Shown: positions 35,501-43,490 of the stretch, piece by piece
Layout of the letters: each line of letters starts with the position of its first letter
Position numbering within the stretch: the first letter of the stretch is position 1
DNA from: Candidatus Magasanikiibacteriota bacterium
GTDB taxonomy: Bacteria; Patescibacteriota; Patescibacteriia; Magasanikbacterales; GWA2-37-8
Length of the DNA stretch: 54,958 nucleotides
Direction: 5' to 3'
NCBI GenBank assembly: GCA_023246655.1
Contig: JAHFHX010000006.1
Location: 1 to 54,958, forward strand
Translations under genes and position numbers: made by a program
Notes under the pieces: model-generated
Seen by the model: the letters and a program-made list of their open reading frames with translations, nothing else
Told to the model about the DNA's origin: nothing
Database searches by the model: none

Positions 35501-35813
35501 AATTTTGAGTTAACCCATAGACAAAAGAGCTGGCGGTGATCTGTCCGTCATCAGTAGCATTCCACGTAATGGTGGCGGTAGTAAAGGTGGTCGACGAAGC
35601 AACATTAGAAATTGTGGGTGGATTGTTGGGTGGTGGATTGTCGCCTGGCCCGCCGCCACCTACACCACCACCGCCCCCACCTGAACTGGGAACGGTAAGC
35701 GTTACGTTAACATCTTGCTGCGTAGTGGTGGCAGCATGTACTAATAAAAAACCACCCCCACAAACAGCAAGGCTCAGGAGGCTTATGACAATCGTACGAA
35801 CAAAGCGAGACAT
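32583..35813 (-). CDS. Membrane-anchored surface protein with FN3-like domains, four Cys/Asp-rich repeats and carboxypeptidase-regulatory-like domains
   Basis: Signal peptide; three FN3-like units; E(V/I)CxNGxDDDxxxxxDCxDxxC x4 (34356-34748); TNANGTYGW, TDKKGRYAF and TDRKGRYYF beta-sandwich motifs; TM segments. Confidence 0.75.
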   Translation of the reverse strand: MSRFVRTIVISLLSLAVCGGGFLLVHAATTTQQDVNVTLTVPSSGGGGGGVGGGGPGDNPPPNNPPTISNVASSTTFTTATITWNATDDGQITASSFVYGLTQNYGNSGSITGSYQVALSGLATGTVYYFKITVTDNGNKSTSYTGLFKTKVYTPPPDNTPPVISNIQTIPGVTTSSINWQTNEPADSQVQYGFTNAYGVSSFDVSKILAHSVLLFNLLPNTIYHYQILSADSAGNTANTTDAAFQTAKDATPPPDVSGVELSTTSNTIKVSWVNPSLNAVPDFSGVKVVRKVNSRSLNINDGTLVYTGSGQSFTDGNVLVNVTYFYTIFSFDTSNNVSAGTFISGKITPPVGSSEVCNNGIDDDSNGAIDCADVACKDDPNCLAPPKKEICNNGVDDDGDAKVDCADSDCNGNVNCKAPVFEICNNGIDDDANGAIDCADSACGGSIFCQGQKGIVQEICMNGSDDDGNGKIDCYDPACFGFSGCVNSVLPGTGGTSGLESGSSTVPESAKLLVSDLTFLAGNRTITLEPKGNRVTSLAGTPLTIFLPLKKFFRTPRSVILHIDNHDEHQFIFEIGSARYSTDITAPPIGQHPVQVVIDYGGEQVDTISLVLESLALGEIHTGDVAPTGVTVLLLTPEGKPVDTAPSGFANPVITNANGTYGWIVPNGRYVIQATKLGFYKRTTPGLTIDNNVVNVSISLIAEPPSLSDSINPDASLAENITNVAKNLAAKTKAATQRTAEKVVDTAKIVNEAADNPEVEKAASHVVAPATVSVIAVSTVPFLTFADVFPFLRFLFLQPLMLLGLRRRSGWGQVYNALNKLPVDLATVRLINATTGKIVQSKVTDKKGRYAFVVEPGEYRLEISKGAMTFPSTLLAAYKNDGQKTDIYHGEPIKVSEEGAVITANIPLDPLGEHKKPLRLIWERFARKLQWILSWVGFGVTIVSLYIAPRWYVWVLLGVHLVFTALFWRLAKPPKVKSWGIVYDAGTKEPLSNAVARLFSSQFNKLVATQITDRKGRYYFLAGDNRYYVTYDHKAYEQQRSDQIDLSGKDAETIALNVGLQPGEQGSPDQPMKKD

Positions 35814-35819
35814 AATTTT

Positions 35820-36701
35820 TTAGTTTGCGCTCGTAGGCCGACGTTGTGATCGACGACCAACCGCTCGCCATATCAGGCCAAAACAGATTGTGCCAATAAT
35901 TCCAAATACCCACAGTGGTATATACCACAGTGTAATTTTCGCTGTTACAATTTGCTTGGTCTTTCCATAATGTACCAAAAGCTCTGCCCTATACCACCCA
36001 GGCCAACGGATCTGCCCCTTGGTATCGATAGTTGGTTCTAACGTGCGATATCCCCCGGGCACAAGCGGGTTACCCAACGTCACCGAATTTCGTGCCAACT
36101 CTTTCCCCGACCAGTTGGTTATCTGCAGATACCCTTCAAGGGGTACTTCTATGGTTCCCCTGTTGCGCAGTGATAATGAAAACGGCCAAGCGCTTTGGGT
36201 AATCCACGTTGGTCCTCGCCACATTATTATTTCTACGTTTTCATGAACTTCTCCGGCCACGTGTAATACCACGAGAGTCACTAGCCGCCCTCGTAAAGCC
36301 GTCCCATTGCCCCCGCCGCTTGCCTCAACTGCTAAACCGAGATAGTGTGCCCCAGGTAGTGCCTGTTTGGGTATATGGAGTGAAAAGATGGCGGTGGCTT
36401 CTTCTTTCCCCCGTAGCGTGATACTCGGTTGACTTGGTTCTACCCACGTTTCGGCCGAATCAATAGAATTTTCAAAAATAGGGCGACCGGTGGCATCCTG
36501 ACGAACCCCAACGACCTGTAAGGCGTAATGGGCGCTTACCGCATCCGGATTAGTAATCGTGACACGTAGTTGCTGGGTTGCTCCTGCTTCCGCATTAATG
36601 ACATAGCGTAATGGACTAACACTAAACGCCCGCACCCGAAGAGGCAAACTAAGAAACAACCCGAAGATTAAACAACCAAATATGATACTGCTGTAACGCA
36701 T
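35820..36701 (-). CDS. DUF916-like (WxL-associated) surface protein
   Basis: Signal peptide, FSVSPLRY...VTITN, IPKQALPGAHYLGL, LRNRGTIEV, C-terminal TM. Confidence 0.6.
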   Translation of the reverse strand: MRYSSIIFGCLIFGLFLSLPLRVRAFSVSPLRYVINAEAGATQQLRVTITNPDAVSAHYALQVVGVRQDATGRPIFENSIDSAETWVEPSQPSITLRGKEEATAIFSLHIPKQALPGAHYLGLAVEASGGGNGTALRGRLVTLVVLHVAGEVHENVEIIMWRGPTWITQSAWPFSLSLRNRGTIEVPLEGYLQITNWSGKELARNSVTLGNPLVPGGYRTLEPTIDTKGQIRWPGWYRAELLVHYGKTKQIVTAKITLWYIPLWVFGIIGTICFGLIWRAVGRRSQRRPTSAN

Positions 36702-36737
36702 ACCTTTTATGAAAAGCGAGGATGATTTTTTATTATT

Positions 36738-37376
36738 TTACAAATTAGCCGAAGCAGCCAGGGTGACGGTTTGATTATAAGCCCCGGCGCTTGACGAACC
36801 GCTGATAGCCGCCTTAAAGGTTAAAGTGCTTTGGCTATTATTGACCGGAGCGTTAAATGAGGCAAGCACCAAACCAGGCGTCACCGCTTGGTCAGTACTA
36901 AAAGCTCGATCAGTGCCGGCTACCGCTACGCCGTATTCTTCAACCCCAGCGGTTACGGCGCCATCACTCACCCCTGTCAAGCTACTGCCGCTCGCACTCC
37001 CCACTGAAAGAGTGTACCCGGTATTGGAGTCTGTGGAAATGGTTACCACCGAACTGCCCGAAGCGACTGCGCCCGTAGTTAATGTTCCCAAGTTCACCGA
37101 GCTGGCACTCAGCGTCATAGTGAGCGACCCCAGTTCCGCTCCCTGATACCCACCGTGAATAATATATGTGGAACTGGTGGCGGCTGTCCCGGCAGCTTCA
37201 CCAACAGTATCTTGAATAGTATATGAGGTACTGGTACTCAGTACTCCTCCGGTATCAATGGTGTCGGCATAAATATAATAATTGGTTGAAGTCATTACCG
37301 CTTGGGTAGGCACAGGGCTACTAAGACTGATACCAAGCAGTATAATTAAAACGCAATTAAAAAAGCTTGAACGCAT
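36738..37376 (-). CDS. Secreted Ser/Thr-rich WxL-like protein
   Basis: Signal peptide, SVNLGTL, ISTDSNTGYTLSV, terminal AGAYNQTVTLAASANL. Confidence 0.55.
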   Translation of the reverse strand: MRSSFFNCVLIILLGISLSSPVPTQAVMTSTNYYIYADTIDTGGVLSTSTSYTIQDTVGEAAGTAATSSTYIIHGGYQGAELGSLTMTLSASSVNLGTLTTGAVASGSSVVTISTDSNTGYTLSVGSASGSSLTGVSDGAVTAGVEEYGVAVAGTDRAFSTDQAVTPGLVLASFNAPVNNSQSTLTFKAAISGSSSAGAYNQTVTLAASANL

Positions 37377-37379
37377 ACG

Positions 37380-39722
37380 TTAGTGTGATCCTGATACGGC
37401 GGGCGGGGTTTGTTCTTCGGCAGATGGCAAAGCAGCTGGCCCGGTGAGGGTGGCAATTTTATCAGCCACTTCTTTACTCGTTGGATTTAGATCTTTAACT
37501 TTATAATAGTATTGCAAAGCGGTTGTTTTGTCTCCCTTGGCTTCATACCAAAGACCAAGGCTATACAGCGCATTGACATATTTGGGTTGCAACTGGATAA
37601 CAGCCAACCAAATCTTTTGCGCTTGGTCTCTATCTCCTTTACCGTTTCGATTAAACAACACACGCCCATAATTAAATAAGAGATCAACGTTAGTGTTGGC
37701 CACGGAGAGCCCGGTTTGATAAGCGGCAACCGCTTTATCAATTTGATTTAGCTGTTCATAAGCAGTAGCGAGCCCAAAATATCCGGCCAAATAATCCGCT
37801 TTAAGATCAACGGCTTGCTGATAGAGTTTGACGGCCTCCTCCCAATGCCGTGCCAAGCCAAAGTTATTACCCAGACGCCAATGCAAAATTGGGTTAGTTG
37901 GTTCGAGCGCAATAGCCTCTTGTAATGATTGCAACGCCCATTCACGCGCACCCGCTACTACCGGAGCCGCATTTTCGTACATAGTCGCCAGGTTCTCCCA
38001 AATAGCTACAGAACGAGGAGAGATGGTCGTGGCAACACGTGCTTCATTAACCGCTTTCCCCAGTAGCGCACTGACCTCCACTACCTTTGGCTCCTTCATT
38101 CGACTGGCCTGTACAGCCTCAAGTAAATATACCTGAGCCAGCGCCATATGATAGACATCGGAATTGCTCCGATAGCCTAGGGCTTTTGTTAAATTGGCTT
38201 CAGCAGTTGGATAATCAGTGCTCCGCAATGCCAAGGCGTAGGCGATCTCGGCTAAATACAGTCGTGCCCCCCACACCCCACCTAAAAGAAGTACTGCAAT
38301 AACAACAATAATTCCAAAGGAAAATGTTAAGCTGTGTTCTGGAGTCCCTTCGACACTCAATTCTTTGATCCGGAGTGTGCTGCCACCAAGTAGAGCGACT
38401 CCAATAATCGTAAGAGCCAAGAGAAGCCACCAGAGCCACCAGAGCACCGGTCCAAAAAATGTAAGGAGAGAAGCGGCGGTGACGGTTAACCAGACACCAG
38501 CGACAATAAAAACCTCCAGCCGTGGCGACGCAGGAAGTTCGGTGAGCATATCTGTTTCAAGAGCGGAATCAAGGATGGTCTTAGAACGCTGTCGTAACCA
38601 GCTAGCCAAGACATGGCCCATGATGATGATGACAATAAAAACTAATAGCACAAACGCCGGCACTCCCGCTTCGGCCAACCAGGCAAACAGGGTATTCATG
38701 GGGCGATTAAATCGTAATGTCCAAGCCACTGAATCATTATTAAATTCAGCATCACGAAATTCGGAAAAATCAATCCCAAAGGTACCCAGACCGCTGCCCA
38801 AAAAAAAGTTTTTTACTCCTTTCAATGCTGTTCCATGAGTGATTCCCCACGATGAAGAAACGTTGAGAGCAACTTCTGTTGGCACCGAAGATTTAAAAGC
38901 TTGTGGTGTTCCAAAGACAATAAAAATCGCCGTCAAAAGAAGGATTGCAAACAAAGCCGAAAGCCATCCCACCCGTGCCTCGCGCACAAAGCTAACTCCA
39001 AGACAGAGTACTATGAGTAAACCCACAAACGCTATCCACCATAACAATTGAAAACCAAGCAGGATAAGACTGGTGTAAGAAAGCAAAGCAACAAAAAAAT
39101 AACCAAGTGATCGACCTGACAGTCGGTCTCTTTTTATAAGCCGACCAGCGGCAAGCAAAAAAATTGCAATAAGCCAGATCCCAAAATTAGTATTCGTTAT
39201 GTCCACAGTATTCCATATTGACCCGCCGAGTCGACTCAATAAATCGATATGAAAAACAATTTTTAATATAAAAAGCAGCGCCGTACAGCCACCAACAGTT
39301 AGCACTATATCATTAACACTCAGCCACCGTCGCAGCGTTCCTACCTGATTAATCGTCAGAAAGAAAAATAATATCAAAATGCCTAAAATGGAAAAGTTAA
39401 GCACAAAAGAATCATTACGCCCAAAAAAACTATCGTACACTGATCCAGAAAAAACGGCTGATAAAAATAGTAGTACCAACAAAATCAAAAGGAGCGTATC
39501 GAGCATGGAACGTACTACTACTAAGCGTTTGGACAAAATTGCCTTGCCGGCAAATGTTAAAGCTTGAAGCAACACTAATCCCCCCAATACATACTGTTTG
39601 GGAATAACATACCAATTCGCTAGATTATTATCTACAAACAGCGGTACAACAATAATGGTTGCTAAAAGAAGAACATAAGCAAAATTATCAAGAATAGAGA
39701 CGAGGCGTTGTTGGTTAACCAT
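37380..39722 (-). CDS. O-antigen-ligase-like multi-pass membrane protein with C-terminal TPR repeats
   Basis: More than 10 TM helices, FFLGSGLGTFG loop, FNRPMNTLFAWLAEAG (His of the usual HN replaced), several TPR units. Confidence 0.75.
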   Translation of the reverse strand: MVNQQRLVSILDNFAYVLLLATIIVVPLFVDNNLANWYVIPKQYVLGGLVLLQALTFAGKAILSKRLVVVRSMLDTLLLILLVLLFLSAVFSGSVYDSFFGRNDSFVLNFSILGILILFFFLTINQVGTLRRWLSVNDIVLTVGGCTALLFILKIVFHIDLLSRLGGSIWNTVDITNTNFGIWLIAIFLLAAGRLIKRDRLSGRSLGYFFVALLSYTSLILLGFQLLWWIAFVGLLIVLCLGVSFVREARVGWLSALFAILLLTAIFIVFGTPQAFKSSVPTEVALNVSSSWGITHGTALKGVKNFFLGSGLGTFGIDFSEFRDAEFNNDSVAWTLRFNRPMNTLFAWLAEAGVPAFVLLVFIVIIIMGHVLASWLRQRSKTILDSALETDMLTELPASPRLEVFIVAGVWLTVTAASLLTFFGPVLWWLWWLLLALTIIGVALLGGSTLRIKELSVEGTPEHSLTFSFGIIVVIAVLLLGGVWGARLYLAEIAYALALRSTDYPTAEANLTKALGYRSNSDVYHMALAQVYLLEAVQASRMKEPKVVEVSALLGKAVNEARVATTISPRSVAIWENLATMYENAAPVVAGAREWALQSLQEAIALEPTNPILHWRLGNNFGLARHWEEAVKLYQQAVDLKADYLAGYFGLATAYEQLNQIDKAVAAYQTGLSVANTNVDLLFNYGRVLFNRNGKGDRDQAQKIWLAVIQLQPKYVNALYSLGLWYEAKGDKTTALQYYYKVKDLNPTSKEVADKIATLTGPAALPSAEEQTPPAVSGSH

Positions 39723-39963
39723 AGTATATAAGATATGAAAAAATAAACTGAGAATAAATTATTTAAAGTAATTATATCATGTTTCTTCACTAATCAAAAT
39801 GGCCCTTAACCAGGCGCTTCGTAATGCGCAGCATATTAAGAACTTACACGTTTGCTCAATATACCCTCCCCTTCGTAAGGAGGAGTCAAACGCGTAAGTT
39901 CTAATAATTAATCAATTTGTCAATTATTTTTATATTCTTTATAGATAAATATAATTAATTTTA

Positions 39964-39992
39964 TTGACTTACATATAAATAAATGATATAAA
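39964..39992 (+). promoter_or_regulatory. Sigma70-type promoter for the second TrmB gene
   Basis: TTGACT-17 nt-TATAAA. Confidence 0.5.
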
Positions 39993-40036
39993 ATAAATTG
40001 ACAGATTTTATCATCCCGGAATGACAATTGGAGATT

Positions 40037-40768
40037 ATGGATCTTACGCTTCAATTAAGACTCCTTGGCCTTAACCGCTCAGAAATCACGGTTTATCTTT
40101 TTTTATTGGAGAATGGTTTAACAACGCCCCCAAATGTTTCACGTGGAACAAAAATTGCCCGAACAAACTGCTATAACATTTTGGAATCCCTCACGACCAA
40201 GGGTTTGATTGAGGAGCAAATACAGGGCAAACGCAAGGCCTATATTTCCTGTGATCCTGATGCGCTACTACGTACGCTTGATAAAAAACGCGAAACGGTG
40301 CAACAAATACTCCCGGATTTACGCGGTCTTTATACTACACAAAAAAACAAACCTAAAATTAGGTTTTTTGATGGAACTGAACAGATTAAAGAAATATATC
40401 GTCTAAGCCTAAATTCTCAAAAAGTATTAGGCCTCGGCTTTACCGAGCACCTTAATAATCTCATGCCTGAATTTTACGAGTGGTATCTGCATGAGCTTCA
40501 ATCGCGGGGTATTGTTTTCTACGATGTTTTGACTGCGACTTCAAAAGCCAAAAACACTCTGCTAATGGAAGAAATGCTGAAAGAATTATATGATGTTCGC
40601 CATCTCCCCGAGAAATATAAATACTTGCCTACTAATGTGTTAATTTGGGATGATAATATCGCTTTAATTACGATTGAAGAACCAATATTTGGAACATTAA
40701 TTACCAACAATTTACTGGCAACGACATTCAAATTAATATTTGAGATAATTATACAATCAACTATTTAA
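40037..40768 (+). CDS. TrmB-family transcriptional regulator
   Basis: LGLNRSEITVYLFLLENG...IARTNCYNILESL, RFFDGTEQIK. Start placed at ATG 40037. Confidence 0.88.
   Translation: MDLTLQLRLLGLNRSEITVYLFLLENGLTTPPNVSRGTKIARTNCYNILESLTTKGLIEEQIQGKRKAYISCDPDALLRTLDKKRETVQQILPDLRGLYTTQKNKPKIRFFDGTEQIKEIYRLSLNSQKVLGLGFTEHLNNLMPEFYEWYLHELQSRGIVFYDVLTATSKAKNTLLMEEMLKELYDVRHLPEKYKYLPTNVLIWDDNIALITIEEPIFGTLITNNLLATTFKLIFEIIIQSTI
40135..40150. other. parS site within the TrmB coding sequence
   Basis: TGTTTCACGTGGAACA, the reverse complement of consensus TGTTCCACGTGAAACA. Confidence 0.85.
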
Positions 40769-40849
40769 CAGTACTCATATATCGAGATGGTATTAAGTAA
40801 TGAACAATTATTACCTCAATATGACTAAAAATCCTGTCAATTTTTAGTC

Positions 40850-40967
40850 TGCCATTCCGATGATACATTCGCTGCACTCAGTGCAGGCTCCGGAGGAATC
40901 TCTGTCTTGTCGTTTTGGCCAATTGGACAGAGATCCCTCACCCCTGCGATGGAGATTCGGGATGACA
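40850..40967. mobile_element. Palindromic REP/MITE-like element
   Basis: TGCCATTCCGA...TCGGGATGACA ends. Shares a 23-bp module (1 mismatch, inverted) with the element at 48709. Confidence 0.8.
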
Positions 40968-41011
40968 ATTGGTGAAACCTAATACCAGTTCATCTAAAGA
41001 GAGGTAACTTA

Positions 41012-41027
41012 TGTTTCACGTGGAACA
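41012..41027. other. parS site (intergenic)
   Basis: TGTTTCACGTGGAACA, identical to 40135-40150. Confidence 0.88.
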
Positions 41028-41122
41028 TTTATGATGCAGACAATATAAAATCAATCTTTTGATCTTATCTCAGCCAATTGTCGATATTATTTTTATTAAT
41101 TTGTATACGCTATTGTATACAA

Positions 41123-41163
41123 ATATACACAGATTTTGATATTTATACACTAAGTTATCCACA
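41123..41163 (+). promoter_or_regulatory. DnaA-box cluster in AT-rich DNA; candidate oriC or DnaA-regulated site
   Basis: ATATACACA (41123), TTATACACT (41143) and perfect TTATCCACA (41155), all co-oriented. Confidence 0.5.
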
Positions 41164-41179
41164 AAATAAATTGGTAATA

Positions 41180-41210
41180 AAAAATATCCCGATCCAGTCG
41201 GGATATTTTT
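41180..41210. terminator. Bidirectional hairpin terminator of the CCCGA/TCGGG family
   Basis: AAAAATATCCCGA-TCCAG-TCGGGATATTTTT. Confidence 0.75.
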
Positions 41211-41223
41211 TATATATTTTAAT

Positions 41224-42621
41224 TTATGTAGCCGACCAGCCGACCTCTTCCAACATTTTAATAAACCCAGTTTTTATATCTATATGAAGACCTTTTTGGT
41301 GTTGATCTTTGTTATGATGTGTAACTAACTCATCACGGAGCGGACCATAATCCTTTTCAAAATGTTCTTTAATTCGTTCGGCGTCAGCTATAAGAGTATC
41401 TGTTAAACCACCATCTTCTAACCCATATTCTTCTTTAAATAAAGCCCGTACTGCTTCAGCATCGTCTTCCCCAAGCGTTGCAATTTGTTTGTTATTATTA
41501 ATAGCTTCAAGCCCTAAAATTTTTCTAAATCTAAGGAAGTTTGGCTGCGTTTTTTGCCATTCAATGCAAGCCGTAAAAATCTTACTCATTTCATCTGGTG
41601 TCAAATTATCAATTCCTCTAGTGGAAATTTCGTTTTGAACTTTATAGCGTAACTCACGAAATTCCAAATTTCCATCGGTTGCTGAAGTCTGAGAATTCAA
41701 GTCTGAAAGAGCAATAGTTAAATCATAAACTGATGACTCTGCTGTAAGGTATGTTTGTTTGACCTCTAGACCAAAAGTTCCCTTAGGGGCATTGGGGACT
41801 TGAATAAATCTAAAATCAGGATAGGTAACACCTACCATTCCTTTAACCATCGGAATGATTTCTTCATCGCTAAATATGCGCTCACCGCTCTGAGGACCAG
41901 ACTCATAAACAAAACGTTGCATCAAGGCAATTATTTCGTTCGCGCTATCACCTTCGCTACCGTTTAACTCTAAGCCCTTGGCAATTCTTTGCACATCGTC
42001 ATTTAAATTTGCTGGTATTTCACTAGGGTTAGTACCACGGACACGCTGCAGTTGAGCGTCAATTGCGCCGTCAACTTTAACTTGATGAATTTTAATATCA
42101 TGTCCTACGCCTGCAGCTTTGGCAACTATTATTCCCTTATCAGTTATAAATTGTGGTGCTCTTGATTCTGTTTTTTGCTTTATTTTAGCCAAAATATACC
42201 CTGTTTTATCGCCAACTAGTTCGGGATGCTCGGAAGCATGTAATACTTTTGGACTGATGCCATCTTTGCCATGTCGTATGGCATGTCGTTTTTTTAATTC
42301 TCCTATCAACAACCTTCCCGCTTCTTCTTGGCTACCTACTTTAATCGGCTCAGTTGATTCTTTATATTCTATAACCTCAAAGGTGCCACCGGGGATGGTC
42401 GTTTCGCCTCGTTGATGTGCTTCTACTCTAAATTGGCGCAGTTTATGACCATCAGAATATTCAATTCCGGTTTCGCGAAATTCTCGGCCACCAAGAGTTG
42501 TGATTCTTTCGTATTCCTGTGGTTGTGATTCTGGAGCTCCATCATCCGGTAAATCCCTATTAGGTAATCTTGTCTCGCCTAAATTTTTAAGGCCCCCTTC
42601 TACATCTTTTTGGGAAGACAT
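41224..42621 (-). CDS. Hypothetical protein with HD-phosphohydrolase-like motifs
   Basis: LHASEHPELV...AAGVGHDI...SEGDSA...ALSDL follows the H..H/HD/D order. Start placed at ATG 42621. Confidence 0.55.
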   Translation of the reverse strand: MSSQKDVEGGLKNLGETRLPNRDLPDDGAPESQPQEYERITTLGGREFRETGIEYSDGHKLRQFRVEAHQRGETTIPGGTFEVIEYKESTEPIKVGSQEEAGRLLIGELKKRHAIRHGKDGISPKVLHASEHPELVGDKTGYILAKIKQKTESRAPQFITDKGIIVAKAAGVGHDIKIHQVKVDGAIDAQLQRVRGTNPSEIPANLNDDVQRIAKGLELNGSEGDSANEIIALMQRFVYESGPQSGERIFSDEEIIPMVKGMVGVTYPDFRFIQVPNAPKGTFGLEVKQTYLTAESSVYDLTIALSDLNSQTSATDGNLEFRELRYKVQNEISTRGIDNLTPDEMSKIFTACIEWQKTQPNFLRFRKILGLEAINNNKQIATLGEDDAEAVRALFKEEYGLEDGGLTDTLIADAERIKEHFEKDYGPLRDELVTHHNKDQHQKGLHIDIKTGFIKMLEEVGWSAT

Positions 42622-42697
42622 AAAGTTTAATTTCAATGATATTTTTAAAATTTTATCAAGAATTATTTACATTCAAAATTTTACTCACAAACTCTTA

Positions 42698-43333
42698 TCA
42701 TTCAATTACATGTCTTGTTCGCATATTATTAATTGCCTGCTGGCGAACAGGCAATTTTTGAGCTTCCTTGTCATTTAGTTCGCCCTCTTTTTGTTTATGT
42801 GCTCCATAATTAGCCAGCTGGCCATAGACATGTTGCATATCTTCTGCCGCAAGGCAGCGTAAACCATGTTTCATAGAAGCCCGAACAATACTATTATGAC
42901 GAACAAAGCGTGACTGTAAAATGATTTCAAATGGAAAGGCTACTTTGCGAGCCCTCCCTTGCTCGGTAACTGTAACCTCAATTGTGCCAGCAAGCGTATA
43001 ATGACCATCCACTTTATCGGGAATAGCGCCATTATCAGTAATGGTTACTATGCCCGACAAATTGCCCAGGCGTTCTCGGATAGCAGCCAAGGTGTTGGCG
43101 TTGCCAACCGCGATATCCATATCAGTTGGCATCGGCCAGCCTGCCAGCTTTGTATCTGGATTTTCGGCATTATATAAATAAAGGGCAGTGCTGCCATACA
43201 CTGCATAATCTTTCAAATCAAACAATAACGAACGAAAGGCATCGAGGGCGGCCTCCACCTCAAGTTTAGTGTATTCACGGTTGCGTGCTTCCTCTGGTGC
43301 CCACTCGCGAGGGTGGCCTTCTCGTCCCATCAT
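42698..43333 (-). CDS. Nucleotidyltransferase-fold protein (AbiEii/MenT-like motif order)
   Basis: YAVYGSTALYL...PTDMDIAV (hG[S/G]...DxD) and CLAAEDM near the C-terminus. Confidence 0.6.
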   Translation of the reverse strand: MMGREGHPREWAPEEARNREYTKLEVEAALDAFRSLLFDLKDYAVYGSTALYLYNAENPDTKLAGWPMPTDMDIAVGNANTLAAIRERLGNLSGIVTITDNGAIPDKVDGHYTLAGTIEVTVTEQGRARKVAFPFEIILQSRFVRHNSIVRASMKHGLRCLAAEDMQHVYGQLANYGAHKQKEGELNDKEAQKLPVRQQAINNMRTRHVIE

Positions 43334-43490
43334 ACAAAAATAGTTATAAATTCTACTTTAGAATACCACATTTTAGCGTTTTTGTCAAGAATTCTTTACA
43401 TCTTTGTAACAACTCTTTTTTTAAATAAAGCCTTACACGCAATCACAATGCGCGGTAAATGCGTGGTCCTATAATTTTCTATTTTTTTAG

